From positions 17,832-81,831 of the forward strand of contig CANJVG010000001.1 in NCBI GenBank assembly GCA_947478005.1: a stretch of DNA of 64,000 nucleotides. The letters run 5' to 3'. The position numbers and the translations under genes were made by a program. This stretch comes from Bacteroidota bacterium. Its GTDB lineage: Bacteria > Bacteroidota > Bacteroidia > Chitinophagales > LD1. Below the pieces are notes generated by a model. That model made no database searches and was not told where the DNA came from. It saw nothing but the letters and a program-made list of their open reading frames with translations. Positions 26,462 to 37,214 of this stretch are shown in pieces. How positions within the stretch are numbered: position 1 is the first letter of the stretch; every line of letters begins with the position of its first letter.

Positions 26462-27970
26462 TCAAACCTTCGGCAGCGAAATCCTGAACGTAGTCCCCTT
26501 TCCTATTTCCGACCTGCGCAACACTATTTTTCCGTTGTGATATTCTTCCACTATCCGTTTGGTTAAAGAAAGACCAAGCCCCCAGCCTCTGCGCTTCGTA
26601 CTGTAACCGGGTTCAAAAATCGTCACAAATTTATTTTTCGGAACTCCCTTGCCGGTGTCCGTCACGTCTATGTGCACGTGGCTTGAATCACTACTCACTT
26701 CCAAATCAATTTCCCCTTCACCATCCATCGCATCCAGCGCGTTCTTCAACAGATTCTCCAGTACCCAGTCAAATAGTTGGTTGTTGATCTTGATAGATAA
26801 ATCCTTCGGACAAAAAACAAGAAACCGCGCCTTCTCACTAGCACGCTTGCGCATATAAGCCACATTCCGCTCCAGCGTTTCGCTCACGCTTTGCGGACTT
26901 AGCTGCGGCACCGACCCGATTTTTGAAAACCGGTCAGCGACCAAAGAAAGCCGCTGAATATCACTATCAAATTCGTCCAGCAGTTGTTCGTTGCCCTTCA
27001 TCCCATCCAGGTCGCGCAGCAGCTCAACCCAGCCGCTAAGAGCCGATATAGGAGTGCCCAGTTGATGAGCGGTTTCCTTCGCCATACCCACCCACACCAG
27101 ATTCTGCTCTGCCACCCGTGCGTTGTTAAAGGCAAAATAGGCAATCAGCAAAAAGGCCGCAAAAATACCGAGTTGAATAAAAGGGAAAATACGAAGTTGC
27201 TTAAGCGTCTGCGAATCGTCATAATAGATATACCTGAAAACCCCCTCCCCCAAATCAGCCACAATAGGTTCATGCGCACCTTGCATCTCCCGAATCATCG
27301 CCATCACCGCCTTACTATCCGTCATCTTCAGCGAATCAATATTTCCGTAATCAATCACGTTCATTTTTTCATCCGTAAGAATAACGGGAGCCGAAGCCGT
27401 GTTCACCACCACCTCCGAAATAAACGTCTCCACCAAATCGCTCAGCGTTTGTTTCAGCTTCGTAAAAAGATTAGAGTCCTTATAGTAAATATAATTCTTG
27501 TTGATTTTATAATCCACCAGAATAGGCGCATAGCTCGAAAACTCGGCAATCATTTTCTTCGGCAACTCTAGAAACGTTTTCACGGGAGGAATTTCAATGT
27601 TCCGCGCACCCAGCATATTTCCCTTCTCATCAACCAGAATAGCCGGAATATCGTTATTGGTAGTTACAATCTCATTAAAGAAAGTAAGCATTTCGTTATC
27701 ATTAATCGTCAGTACAAATTTCGTGGACTGAGCATAGATATTCACCTTCTTTCGCTCATCAGCCGCCAGCTTCGTAAACAGTTCCTTCGTGTAGCGAACC
27801 AAACGCGCTTTTCGCGCAATAGCTTCTGCCCACAGGCGCGCCTTATATTTTTCCTCACTCGCCATTTTAGTTGCCAGGTGATTGGTGTACAGCAACGTGC
27901 TGATACCAATAGCAATACCCAGCAGCAATAGAACCAGCTTAAGATTTGATTTGCGCTTATAAACGTCCAT
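26462..27970 (-). CDS. Sensor histidine kinase
   Basis: Two TM segments. H-box ETAHQLGTPISAL, N-box LLKNALDAM, G1 DTGKGV and G2 GWGLGLSL. Confidence 0.85.
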   Translation of the reverse strand: MDVYKRKSNLKLVLLLLGIAIGISTLLYTNHLATKMASEEKYKARLWAEAIARKARLVRYTKELFTKLAADERKKVNIYAQSTKFVLTINDNEMLTFFNEIVTTNNDIPAILVDEKGNMLGARNIEIPPVKTFLELPKKMIAEFSSYAPILVDYKINKNYIYYKDSNLFTKLKQTLSDLVETFISEVVVNTASAPVILTDEKMNVIDYGNIDSLKMTDSKAVMAMIREMQGAHEPIVADLGEGVFRYIYYDDSQTLKQLRIFPFIQLGIFAAFLLIAYFAFNNARVAEQNLVWVGMAKETAHQLGTPISALSGWVELLRDLDGMKGNEQLLDEFDSDIQRLSLVADRFSKIGSVPQLSPQSVSETLERNVAYMRKRASEKARFLVFCPKDLSIKINNQLFDWVLENLLKNALDAMDGEGEIDLEVSSDSSHVHIDVTDTGKGVPKNKFVTIFEPGYSTKRRGWGLGLSLTKRIVEEYHNGKIVLRRSEIGKGTTFRISLPKV

Positions 27971-28047
27971 ATCAATTAGCGAATGAAATGCAAAATAAGA
28001 AATACGAAATAACGGCTGTTGTCTGAATACCGAATACTTACTACTCG

Positions 28048-30639
28048 CTACTTCTCCGTAGTATCAAAATCCATAAACTGCGGTTCTGCTTTCACATCAA
28101 AATATTTTTCCTCACGCTTCTGCTCGTTTTCATCTATTTTCCTTTTCGAATTGTTCAACAGATCTTTAAGCACCTGCCGCTCATTTCTGAAATCCGTTTG
28201 AATCTTCTTCCGTATACCCGCCTTATCAAATTTAATCGTGAGATTATTAATTGGCCCCGTTAACGTAAGATAAAGATTCACGCCTTGATAAGGGTCTTCT
28301 TCAATAAACGATTCATTACCCGCATTGCGCCTGAACTTTTGCGCCAGCAACTTGTGCAGATTAATCTTTAAATGATAGTCAACGATGTTATCGAAATTGT
28401 GATAACCGAAAAACATAAGATTGAGTGCCGAAGTTTTAATTTCAAATTCGGCAACATCAATGCGTCCGTTCGCAATCTTGATGGTGTTTTCCAAATCAGC
28501 AAACTTGATGTCTTCTAACTCTTCCACCCGCACAAACTTCGAAGCCGCCCGAAGCGGTTCAAATCGTATCAACTCACCATTCGTAATTCTAAAATCTACC
28601 AAAGCCGAAAGGGTTTTCATATCCAGATCTTTGTAGTTTCTCCAATCCGCATTTAGTGAAACAGAAGTTGTTACTTTTCCCTTCAAATGCCTGTCCGTCA
28701 ACGCATCCTGCCCGAAGTTTTCGCACTGCCTGAGGATTTCCGGAATGGTTAAGTCAGCCGCCACCAAATCTATTTTCATGGCAAGTGTATTGTCGGGAGT
28801 TAAAGCGATTTGTCCGGTGGTTTTCAGTTCACCCCCCATGGCGCTCGTGCGCAAATGATTAATCTGCACAATGCCTGGGCTTAGTTGCAGGTTGGCCTTC
28901 AAATCCCCAAACTCCATTTTCCTAAAGATAAATTTTCCAACTTCTATATCCAGGTTACCCTTCATGCTGAATATCTCGCGCGGCTTTATTTTCTCACGCA
29001 CCACAGCCTGCGGACGATTCTTCTTACTAAACGCATCCATCATCCCGCTGAGGTTGAACGTCTGCATTTTTACTTTTCCGTTTACAATCAATACAATGTC
29101 ATTGGCCTTTCGTTTCGTGGCCAGGTTGTAAGCAAAAGCAAAAAGGTTTTCGATATTGCCTGAAAGATTAAAATCGGTGCTAAGAAAGTTTAAGGTGAAA
29201 TTGTGTGCCTCAATAAATCTGTTTTCGTACTTCAGCAAGCCGTTGATATTGCCATAAGTAATTCCGTTTTGTCTAAACTCTATTCCCTCCATTTTAAATT
29301 CACCCGAGCCAAGCAGCGTTGAATTTTCTACGTCTGTAAAATCATTCTTCTTTCCCTGCAAATGAAAATTAGAGAAGGTCACCGTGCCGTCAATATCCTG
29401 AATGACCGAATCAGGCACAAAGGGGGTTAGCTCGCTTAGGTGAAGAACTCCATTGGCCGAGAAGTTGAAAACTGGATTCGCGAGGTTTTCTAAGGAGAGT
29501 TTAAAGTCGAAAAGTTCGTTGTCGAGTGTACAATTAAAATTGCTGATGCTGATGCGATTATTTCCATTAGCATCTAAGTCGTAGCTTGCTGTGGCATTTA
29601 CTTTTTGCAGTTGCTTGTTATAGCGACTCAGTTTAATTTCGGCATCTTTTAAAACAGCCGAAACCTTTACCGAAGGGAAAACAGATTTACCGAGAATTCC
29701 TTTTACACTTACAGCAACAGCATATTGCCCGCTGCCCGTAGCCTGATTAAAAGCGGATTTATATTTTTCGGGGAAGAGCGAAAAGAGTTGCTGCATATCG
29801 CTGCCTTCATTCTTTAAACTGAAATTGAGTTGGGTTCCGTTTTTAAGTTCAGCAAAGAAACCGTTGATGTTGAATTGCGATTCGTCAATAGAAATCTTTC
29901 CGTCTTTGAAACTGTATTTATGGTTGGCCTTGTCCACGTTCAGTACCGTTTCAGCCGAAATATTCCGATTGTTCAAAAAAATTTCTCCATTGGCCACTAT
30001 CCGGTTAACCCTGATTTGGCTGCTTACCGTCAACTCAAAATTAGCTTCATCAAAATTACCGTTCATCAGCACCTCATTCACTTTCACATCCACCGTGGTG
30101 TTTTGCGATTTATCCAGGTAATTGAGTTTTACATTCTTTATCAATGCCTTCTTTATCTGTATGGCTAAGTTCTGTTTCTCCTTTGCCTTTGATGGTTTCA
30201 GAATATCGAAGTTTGATTTCCCGTTAGCATCATTGTATAAATTCATTTCTCCATCGCGAATCACAATTTTGGAGAACTCAATTTTGTTACTGAAAAGCGA
30301 ATAGATATTACAGAGCAGCGAAAACTCTTCCACCTTCAACAGCTTCCTGTTTTTCTTATCGAACTTATCGTCAATGCTGACTTTAGAAAAAGTTACCGAA
30401 GCAAAAGGGAAGTGTTTGAACAGCGAAAGCGAAATTCCGTCTTTCACTTCTATAGGAACCGTTATCTGATTGTTTATTTCTGTAATTATTCTCGTTTTAA
30501 TTTTGCTTTCCAGGACCAGCGCAGTAACAAACAGAAGAGAAGCAATAGTTGACAATACAACTAAGACTATCAGCAAGTTTCTCATCCAGGGTGACTTTTT
30601 TTTACCGTTAATTTCTTTGAAACTATTTTCTGTGCCCAT
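28048..30639 (-). CDS. AsmA-family (AsmA/TamB-like) envelope protein
   Basis: Single N-terminal TM anchor (LLIVLVVLSTIASLLFVTALVL), then ~800 aa of repetitive beta-rich sequence with the AsmA-like C-terminal region. The start is uncertain (ATG at 30639 or 30585; the track uses TTG at 30657). Confidence 0.78.
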   Translation of the reverse strand: MGTENSFKEINGKKKSPWMRNLLIVLVVLSTIASLLFVTALVLESKIKTRIITEINNQITVPIEVKDGISLSLFKHFPFASVTFSKVSIDDKFDKKNRKLLKVEEFSLLCNIYSLFSNKIEFSKIVIRDGEMNLYNDANGKSNFDILKPSKAKEKQNLAIQIKKALIKNVKLNYLDKSQNTTVDVKVNEVLMNGNFDEANFELTVSSQIRVNRIVANGEIFLNNRNISAETVLNVDKANHKYSFKDGKISIDESQFNINGFFAELKNGTQLNFSLKNEGSDMQQLFSLFPEKYKSAFNQATGSGQYAVAVSVKGILGKSVFPSVKVSAVLKDAEIKLSRYNKQLQKVNATASYDLDANGNNRISISNFNCTLDNELFDFKLSLENLANPVFNFSANGVLHLSELTPFVPDSVIQDIDGTVTFSNFHLQGKKNDFTDVENSTLLGSGEFKMEGIEFRQNGITYGNINGLLKYENRFIEAHNFTLNFLSTDFNLSGNIENLFAFAYNLATKRKANDIVLIVNGKVKMQTFNLSGMMDAFSKKNRPQAVVREKIKPREIFSMKGNLDIEVGKFIFRKMEFGDLKANLQLSPGIVQINHLRTSAMGGELKTTGQIALTPDNTLAMKIDLVAADLTIPEILRQCENFGQDALTDRHLKGKVTTSVSLNADWRNYKDLDMKTLSALVDFRITNGELIRFEPLRAASKFVRVEELEDIKFADLENTIKIANGRIDVAEFEIKTSALNLMFFGYHNFDNIVDYHLKINLHKLLAQKFRRNAGNESFIEEDPYQGVNLYLTLTGPINNLTIKFDKAGIRKKIQTDFRNERQVLKDLLNNSKRKIDENEQKREEKYFDVKAEPQFMDFDTTEK

Positions 30640-30759
30640 CTGATTTGTGATACCCAATTACTTCTTTAACGTCAACTGTTCCGTGAAATTTCATTCGTAA
30701 CTTTGCTGCGTTTCAACGGATTCAAAAAAAACTATTTTCACTTTCCTTTATAGTCATTT

Positions 30760-32442
30760 ATGAAAAAGATTATTTCTGCCTTTGTCGCGCTGTTTGTTTT
30801 AGTGAGTGTAAATGCGCAGGTGAATAGAAGCCTTCAGCCGGTTAGCAGCCTGATTTCTTCTGATATTTTAACTCCCCTGGAGGAGAGAATCCTTCCTGTC
30901 TTTGATATGGAGGCAGCGAAAAAACTGGATCTGCTTGAAGAGCAGAAGAACGAAATGCCTAAGTTCTCCCGTTCCATCTTTATCAATATTACTTTCAAAA
31001 ACTCAGGAAGTTGGACTTACTTACCTGATGGCAGTCGCGTTTGGCGCTTGAAAGTTACTTCAACCGGAGCGCAGGCTTTGTTGCCCTACTTCAATAAATT
31101 TTATTTGCCCAAGGGTGCTATGTTGCATGTATATACACCCGATAAAGACGAAGTGATAGGTGCGTTTACCTACGAGAATAACCAAACTGACGGCTACTAT
31201 GCCACCGGCTTAATTCATGGGGAAACGCTTGTGATGGAATACTTTGAACCTAAAGAAGAAATCGGTAAAGGAGAAATTTGTTTGAACGAAGTGGGCCATG
31301 CCTATCGCTGGGTGGAAAGCTATTTTCCGAAACGGCATAAGGCGGGTGTTAGCCCCTTGGACTTTGGCAGTTCAGATGTTTGTGAAGTGAATATTAATTG
31401 CACCGAAGGGACCGACTGGCAAGACGAAAAGCGCGCAGTGGTTTGTGTAATTGTTCAAAGCAATACCGGTCAGGGCTCTTGCTCGGGCACTATGATTAAT
31501 AATGTGCGGCAAGATTGCACCCCATATCTCCTCAGCGCACAACATTGTTCCGAAGGCACCGCAGCCAATCAATATGCTCAATGGTTGTTCTATTATAATT
31601 TCGAAGCACCTTCTTGTGTAACTCCAGCTGCCATTGGGCACATAGGCGATTACTTTGTAACCGGCTGCACCAAAAAAGCAGATAGCAATGACAATGGAGG
31701 TGATACGGGTTCCGATTTCTTACTGCTTCAACTAACTCATGTTCCTCCTGATAGCTTTCATATTTATTATGCTGGTTGGAACAACGCTAACACAGCAGCA
31801 GACTCAGGCGTTTGCATTCATCATCCTTATACGGACATCAAAAAGATTTCAACTTTTAAGAAGAAACTCGTAAGCGATACTTGGTTTAATGTGGCCGGCA
31901 CCCACTGGAGAGTGCAATGGGCAGGTACCGTAAACGGGCATGGCGTTACAGAAGAAGGTTCTTCGGGTAGTGCAATCTTCAACACGCAAAGGCAGGTTAT
32001 AGGCACCTTAACCGGAGGTGATTCATATTGTACCGACCCAACAGCAAATGACTATTTTGGAAAGGTAGCTTATCACTGGACAAGTAACGGAGCAGCGAAA
32101 GCACTGCAACTTAAACCATGGTTAGATCCAGACAGCATAGGAGTGACTTCGCTAAATGGCCGAGAGGCAAATTGTGGAATCAACAGTGTTGAATCAATAA
32201 AGGAAGAAGCGTTTTTTCAGCTATTTCCTAATCCCACCAACGGTTTAGTTGAATTGCATTTTTTAAATAGCGATGCCGAGAGAAACGTAAGCGTATTTGA
32301 TGTTACTGGAAGGCAACTATCATTTCAAAAGGCAACTGCGCTTAGCTTTACCATAGATTTATCAAAAGAGAATAAAGGTGTTTATATTGTGACGGTGGTG
32401 GGCAAACAATCACGCACTATCCGCAAATTAGTTTTACAATAA
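30760..32442 (+). CDS. Secreted trypsin-fold serine endopeptidase (lysyl-endopeptidase-like) with a T9SS type A CTD
   Basis: Catalytic-triad contexts LLSAQHC (His), GSDFLLLQL (Asp) and EEGSSGSAIF (Ser). C-terminus: FPNPTNGLVELHF...VFDVTGRQL...GVYIVTVVGKQSRTIRKLVLQ. Confidence 0.85.
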   Translation: MKKIISAFVALFVLVSVNAQVNRSLQPVSSLISSDILTPLEERILPVFDMEAAKKLDLLEEQKNEMPKFSRSIFINITFKNSGSWTYLPDGSRVWRLKVTSTGAQALLPYFNKFYLPKGAMLHVYTPDKDEVIGAFTYENNQTDGYYATGLIHGETLVMEYFEPKEEIGKGEICLNEVGHAYRWVESYFPKRHKAGVSPLDFGSSDVCEVNINCTEGTDWQDEKRAVVCVIVQSNTGQGSCSGTMINNVRQDCTPYLLSAQHCSEGTAANQYAQWLFYYNFEAPSCVTPAAIGHIGDYFVTGCTKKADSNDNGGDTGSDFLLLQLTHVPPDSFHIYYAGWNNANTAADSGVCIHHPYTDIKKISTFKKKLVSDTWFNVAGTHWRVQWAGTVNGHGVTEEGSSGSAIFNTQRQVIGTLTGGDSYCTDPTANDYFGKVAYHWTSNGAAKALQLKPWLDPDSIGVTSLNGREANCGINSVESIKEEAFFQLFPNPTNGLVELHFLNSDAERNVSVFDVTGRQLSFQKATALSFTIDLSKENKGVYIVTVVGKQSRTIRKLVLQ

Positions 32443-32449
32443 ACCATTC

Positions 32450-32938
32450 ATGAAGAAATTATTTTTCGTTGCTTTTATTTTGTCCCTGCTTATTTTTTCC
32501 TGCAAAACCTCCAAGCCCGCAGCAGCCACTGCCGCACCGGTTATAGATACCGTATATGATTATTCGTTCAAAAAAATAACTCGCGATAAGGAGCTTTATA
32601 ACTCCACTACGGAGACAGTTCCGCTCGATACGGTTTACCTGACAAAGGATACCCTGCATATTCTTACCAAAAATATTTTGGCTTGCGATGCCGACAATTT
32701 TCAGTTGATGTGGAATGGAATGATGATGAAATCACTCCCGCCTCAAACCAACGTGAAACTTTTTCAATTGCTCGACACGCAGTGTAAAGAGAAGCATCAT
32801 TTTCATTTAACTTACAATCTGACCCCATTGCAAATGCGCAGAGATTCCTCCTATACTAAGAGTGACACTACCGGCAAGAGCGTTATTGTTCACATAGGCA
32901 ACTGGCAGCGGACCCTGAAATACAGCTATCACAGGTAG
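32450..32938 (+). CDS. Hypothetical lipoprotein (162 aa)
   Basis: Lipobox LLIFSC. It starts 8 nt after the protease gene. I recognise no motif. Confidence 0.6.
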   Translation: MKKLFFVAFILSLLIFSCKTSKPAAATAAPVIDTVYDYSFKKITRDKELYNSTTETVPLDTVYLTKDTLHILTKNILACDADNFQLMWNGMMMKSLPPQTNVKLFQLLDTQCKEKHHFHLTYNLTPLQMRRDSSYTKSDTTGKSVIVHIGNWQRTLKYSYHR

Positions 32939-33109
32939 TATTTTAGATGGAAGATTTAATATTCAAATACACCAGCCAGTATTTGTATTCCATATTCAAT
33001 TTCAAACATTACCTCCCCCAATCTTACTTCTGTCTCTAAACGAAGACAAACAAAAATGGAAAACTAACGACCATGTTCGAACTATAAAATAGTTTTGGGC
33101 ATCGAGCGC

Positions 33110-33841
33110 ATGATTACTCCACCTATTCCACTTCATGTTTCTGCACTTTTTATTGCCCTGGTATTTGGCATTGCATTTTTCAGCATTATAGCGGTGCACG
33201 TGTGTGGAGTTAGAGGCGGTTTGGCTTTTGCAGATCGCAGACGAAACTTATCGGTTACTATTCTTTTTCTATTGGTATGGCTGGCTTTTACAAATATCAT
33301 TGCCCTGTCGGGCTTGCTGGCTAATTTTGCCTCTATGCCGCCCATGTTTCTGCTGGTAGTATTGCCTCCTTTTTTATTCCTTGCAGTATTGATGCAAGCC
33401 AAGACCTTTAACGATTTGTCGGAAAATATCAGCGGTTTCTGGTTTGTGTATGTGCAATCGTTTAGAATATTGATGGAGTTTATCCTTTGGCTGCTCTATC
33501 GTTACCAGATTATTCCCGTGCAAATGACTTTTGAGGGGCTCAATTTTGATATACTCGTTGGCTTATCGGCTCCGTTTGTGGCTTATTACTGCTTTGTAAA
33601 AAAATCGTGGAGCTGGAAAGTAGCCCTTACCTGGAACATTTTCGGGCTATTGTTTTTAGCCAACATTGTTACCGTTGCAGTTCTTTCCACTCCGTATCCG
33701 TTCCGCCATTTTATGAATGAACCCGCCAACACTGTTATTTTTAATTTTCCTTTTGTATGGCTGCCTTCTCTGGTGGTGCCTTTTGCGCTGCTGCTTCACC
33801 TTATCTCTATCCGCAGGCTGCTGCGCTACAAAGCAGTTTAA
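33110..33841 (+). CDS. Hypothetical polytopic membrane protein
   Basis: About seven hydrophobic segments. I prefer the ATG at 33110 to the track's TTG at 33095. Confidence 0.6.
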   Translation: MITPPIPLHVSALFIALVFGIAFFSIIAVHVCGVRGGLAFADRRRNLSVTILFLLVWLAFTNIIALSGLLANFASMPPMFLLVVLPPFLFLAVLMQAKTFNDLSENISGFWFVYVQSFRILMEFILWLLYRYQIIPVQMTFEGLNFDILVGLSAPFVAYYCFVKKSWSWKVALTWNIFGLLFLANIVTVAVLSTPYPFRHFMNEPANTVIFNFPFVWLPSLVVPFALLLHLISIRRLLRYKAV

Positions 33842-34019
33842 GCTACCCGTTTACTGTTTAAAAAAAAACTAAACAGGGTTCTTATCTACAAGGAATCATG
33901 TTTCTGGCGCTAAATGACTTATTCCCAAAGATATCAAATGCCTTTTTGCAGCACCCGAAGATGTTGTAAAATCATTGAAAGCGTTGTCCTATGCTGTAAA
34001 TATCCGTTAGGAATAGGGA

Positions 34020-34244
34020 TTTGTATCCTTCTATATGAACTTTGTATCCAAAATGGATACAACTGTATCATAAAAGATGACAGATATATCCATACAAGAT
34101 ACCACTTTATCCTTTTAGATGACATGCGTATCCTTAGATGATACCACCTTATCCTTTGTTGATACCGCCTTATCACTTTTGGATACAACTGTATCCTTTG
34201 TAGATACACCTTTATCAACTTTGGATACAAATAGACCTGCTTTC
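34020..34244. repeat. Tandem array of about ten 21-bp units, each containing a GATAC-N4-5-TATC dyad
   Basis: GATAC/GATGA anchors at 34056, 34076, 34098, 34118, 34140, 34161, 34182, 34203 and 34224. TATC anchors at 34066, 34087, 34108, 34129, 34150, 34171, 34192 and 34213. The perfect palindrome GGATACA-AC-TGTATCC lies at 34181-34196. Confidence 0.85.
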
Positions 34245-34321
34245 ATGCTATCGTAAAGGACTCTCCTGGTTTTGAACAGAACTTTTGAGTTATCGGAAAA
34301 CAACTTTTTGCTTTTTGACAT
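34115..34321 (-). CDS. Doubtful 68-aa ORF whose C-terminal half is a heptad repeat (VSxxDKx) encoded by the 21-bp array
   Basis: MSKSKKLFSDNSKVLFKTRRVLYDSMKAGLF, then VSKVDKG VSTKDTV VSKSDKA VSTKDKV VSSKDTH. The DNA repeat continues beyond the stop codon, so the coding status is uncertain. Confidence 0.3.
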   Translation of the reverse strand: MSKSKKLFSDNSKVLFKTRRVLYDSMKAGLFVSKVDKGVSTKDTVVSKSDKAVSTKDKVVSSKDTHVI

Positions 34322-34351
34322 GATTTATTCAAAAGCAGAAAGAGCCTAAAA

Positions 34352-34391
34352 CAAAAAAGGCGCTAACCGGATTTGATTCCGGCTAACGCCT
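34352..34391 (-). terminator. Strand-specific rho-independent terminator of gyrA
   Basis: On the minus-strand RNA, AGGCGUUAGCCGG / CCGGUUAGCGCCU forms 13 bp (two G.U pairs), followed by UUUUUGUUUU. On the plus strand the same positions are mismatches. Confidence 0.75.
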
Positions 34392-34414
34392 TTGCTTTTT
34401 ATTTGAAGAATAGC

Positions 34415-36985
34415 TTATTCCTCAGGACTCACGTCTGTTGATGCCAATTCTCCATCTTCTTCGGCATTGTAGTTCAGTTTGCCGTTTTCTATTTTAGCCA
34501 CAGCCGCAATCTGGTCTTTCGGATTGAGTTTAATCACCCGCACTCCTTGCGTAGCGCGACCCATTACCCGCAATTGTTCTACCGCCAAACGAATAGCGAT
34601 ACCCGATTTGTTGATAATCATTACATGGTCATTGTTCGTCACGTTCAATATGGCAATCAGGTGACCGGTTTTTTCGGTAACGCTGATGGTTTTCACACCC
34701 TTGCCTCCACGATTGGTGATGCGATAGTCTTCAATATCAGTTCGCTTGCCATAACCCTTCTGCGAAAGAACCATGATGGTTTCTTCTTTGTTGTCAGGGT
34801 TCACAGTAATCATACCTACTATTTCATCGTTTTCTTCTTCCAAAGTAACGCCTCTAACACCTACCGAGTTACGACCTACGGCTCTAACCTTTTCTTCGTT
34901 AAAGCGAATGGCCTTGCCGGCTTTGGTAGCTACTACTATTTCGCTTTTGCCATTGGTCATACTTACCTGCACCAGTTCATCGCCTTCGCGAATATCAATC
35001 GCGTTTACACCGCCCGTGCGCACATTGCTGTAAGCGCGAAGAGTGGTTTTCTTAATAGTTCCTTTCTTGGTGCAGAAAATAATGCTGTGATTATCGAGGT
35101 AGTCATCTTCTTTCAGATTCTTAACCGGGATGTAGGCCATGATTCGGTCTTCTTTCGGAATGCTGATAAGATTTTGAATAGCACGGCCCTTGCCTGTCTT
35201 TTCTCCTTCCGGAATTTCATACACCTTCAACCAGAAACATCTTCCTAATTCCGTAAAGAATAAAATGTAGTTGTGGTTGGTAGCCATAATCAAATGCTCA
35301 ATGAAGTCTTCATCGCGGGCGCTACTGGCTTTGCTTCCTCTTCCGCCACGGTTCTGCATTTTATAATCGACAGAAGGCGTGCGTTTGATATACCCCAAAT
35401 GCGAAATAGTAACTACCACTTCATCATCGGCAATTAAATCTTCCATATTGAAATCGCCTGAAGAGTATTCGATACTCGTCCTGCGCTCATCCCCATACTT
35501 GGTTCCTACTTCAATCATTTCATCCTTGATGATTTGCATCCGCAAAGGTTCTTCTGAAAGCACTCTGTTCAACCACGCAATGGTCTTCATCAAATCGTCA
35601 TACTCTGCGCGAATCTTGTCTCTTTCCAATCCCGTTAAACGCGATAAACGCATTTCGAGAATAGCCTTCGCCTGAATTTCGCTGAGTCCGAATTGTTTAA
35701 TCAATCCATCCTTTGCAATATCCGTATCAGCAGAACCGCGAATGAGTTTAATAACTTCATCTAAGTGGTCGAGGGCAATCAACAAACCTTCTAAGATATG
35801 CGCACGCTCTTGGGCTTTCTTCAATTCCCATTTAGCGCGTCTGATAACCACCTCACCCCGGAAATCAACGAAATGCTTAATCATATCTCTGAGGTTCAGG
35901 ATATAAGGGCGACCATTTACCAGCGCCACATTGTTTACCCCAAAAGATGTTTGCAGAGAAGTCAAGGCAAATAGTTGGTTCAACACCACATTGCTGATAG
36001 CATCGCGTTTCAACTCAATAACCACGCGAATACCGTTACGGTCCGATTCATCACGAACCTCACTGATGCCTTCAATCTTCTTATCATCGCCCAGTTCAGC
36101 AATCTTCTTCACCAATTCCGATTTTACCACTTGGTAAGGAACTTCATTGATGATGATATGCTCACGACCGTTTTCCTGCGTTTCAATTTCTGCCTTACCG
36201 CGAAGAACCACTCGTCCTCTACCGGTCATGAGCGCCTGACGAACGCCTTCATAACCGTAGATAATTCCCCCTGTCGGGAAATCGGGAGCTTTTACAATCG
36301 TGATTAATTCTTCAATCGTAATATCCTTGTTGTCGATGTATTTGATGATAGCCTCTACCACTTCGGTTAAGTTGTGGGGAAGCATATTCGTTGCCATACC
36401 TACCGCGATTCCCGATGCTCCGTTTACCAGCAAAGTAGGGATTTTGGAAGGTAAAACAGTAGGCTCTTCGAGAGAATCGTCAAAGTTCAGACGCATATCC
36501 ACCGTATCCTTTTCAATATCGGCCAGAATATCTTCGGCTATTTTGCGAAGGCGAGCCTCTGTATAACGCATTGCCGCTGGCGGGTCATTATCAATACTAC
36601 CAAAGTTACCTTGCCCATCTACCAAAGGATAGCGCAAACTCCAGTCCTGTGCCATACGCACCATGGCATCATACACGCTCGAATCTCCGTGCGGGTGATA
36701 CTTACCGAGTACTTCCCCTACGATACGCGCACTCTTCTTGTGCGGCTTGCCGGGCGAAAGCCCTAGTTCGTTCATCGCAAAGAGAACTCTGCGGTGAACG
36801 GGTTTTAATCCATCGCGCACATCAGGAATAGCACGGGAAACGATAACTGACATAGAATAATCTATGTAGGCCGTTTTCATTTCGTCCTCTATATTAATAG
36901 GTGTAATGCGCGGTAAGTTGCGAAGGTTTTGGTCTTGTCCGCCAGTATTTTCGGGCGGTGTTGGGGGATTGAGTTCGTCTGCCAT
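34415..36985 (-). CDS. gyrA: DNA gyrase subunit A
   Basis: [49 protein letters not shown] and [10 protein letters not shown], with C-terminal beta-pinwheel repeats. Length 856 aa. Confidence 0.97.
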   Translation of the reverse strand: MADELNPPTPPENTGGQDQNLRNLPRITPINIEDEMKTAYIDYSMSVIVSRAIPDVRDGLKPVHRRVLFAMNELGLSPGKPHKKSARIVGEVLGKYHPHGDSSVYDAMVRMAQDWSLRYPLVDGQGNFGSIDNDPPAAMRYTEARLRKIAEDILADIEKDTVDMRLNFDDSLEEPTVLPSKIPTLLVNGASGIAVGMATNMLPHNLTEVVEAIIKYIDNKDITIEELITIVKAPDFPTGGIIYGYEGVRQALMTGRGRVVLRGKAEIETQENGREHIIINEVPYQVVKSELVKKIAELGDDKKIEGISEVRDESDRNGIRVVIELKRDAISNVVLNQLFALTSLQTSFGVNNVALVNGRPYILNLRDMIKHFVDFRGEVVIRRAKWELKKAQERAHILEGLLIALDHLDEVIKLIRGSADTDIAKDGLIKQFGLSEIQAKAILEMRLSRLTGLERDKIRAEYDDLMKTIAWLNRVLSEEPLRMQIIKDEMIEVGTKYGDERRTSIEYSSGDFNMEDLIADDEVVVTISHLGYIKRTPSVDYKMQNRGGRGSKASSARDEDFIEHLIMATNHNYILFFTELGRCFWLKVYEIPEGEKTGKGRAIQNLISIPKEDRIMAYIPVKNLKEDDYLDNHSIIFCTKKGTIKKTTLRAYSNVRTGGVNAIDIREGDELVQVSMTNGKSEIVVATKAGKAIRFNEEKVRAVGRNSVGVRGVTLEEENDEIVGMITVNPDNKEETIMVLSQKGYGKRTDIEDYRITNRGGKGVKTISVTEKTGHLIAILNVTNNDHVMIINKSGIAIRLAVEQLRVMGRATQGVRVIKLNPKDQIAAVAKIENGKLNYNAEEDGELASTDVSPEE

Positions 36986-37159
36986 TTTGATTGTTTATTC
37001 TAAAAAACTGCTTTAGCTTTGATTTGAGTGCGCGAATATAGCATTTCGACACCCCCGCGACAAGGTATTGTGAAGGGAGATTTTCCACATTTCTGTCATT
37101 ATTTCGAAGAAAGGCTAAAATGGGGAGGAAGTCAAGGGTAATATCGGTAGGTATTAGTT

Positions 37160-37193
37160 AAAACAAAAATCCCGAACCTTATGATTCGGGATT
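37160..37193 (-). terminator. Rho-independent terminator (minus strand)
   Basis: Stem AATCCCGAA / TTCGGGATT with flanking A-run/T-run, just downstream of the stop at 37215. Confidence 0.7.
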
Positions 37194-37214
37194 TTGATAG
37201 ACGGTTGGGGAAAA

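Noticed and set aside
34020-34244. DnaA-box cluster or oriC, because TTATCC recurs and gyrA is adjacent
   Set aside because: The motifs read TTATCCTTT or TTATCACTT and lack the CACA half of the TTATCCACA consensus. I recognise no dnaA or dnaN gene and no clear AT-rich unwinding element. The strict 21-bp tandem organisation is unlike known origins.
34547-35248. 233-aa plus-strand ORF and other long ORFs antisense to gyrA
   Set aside because: They are fully embedded antisense to a high-confidence essential gene and their sequence is low-complexity. The same reasoning applies to antisense ORFs inside the HK gene (26984-27571), the radical SAM gene (41842-42671), rpsA, and the AsmA genes.
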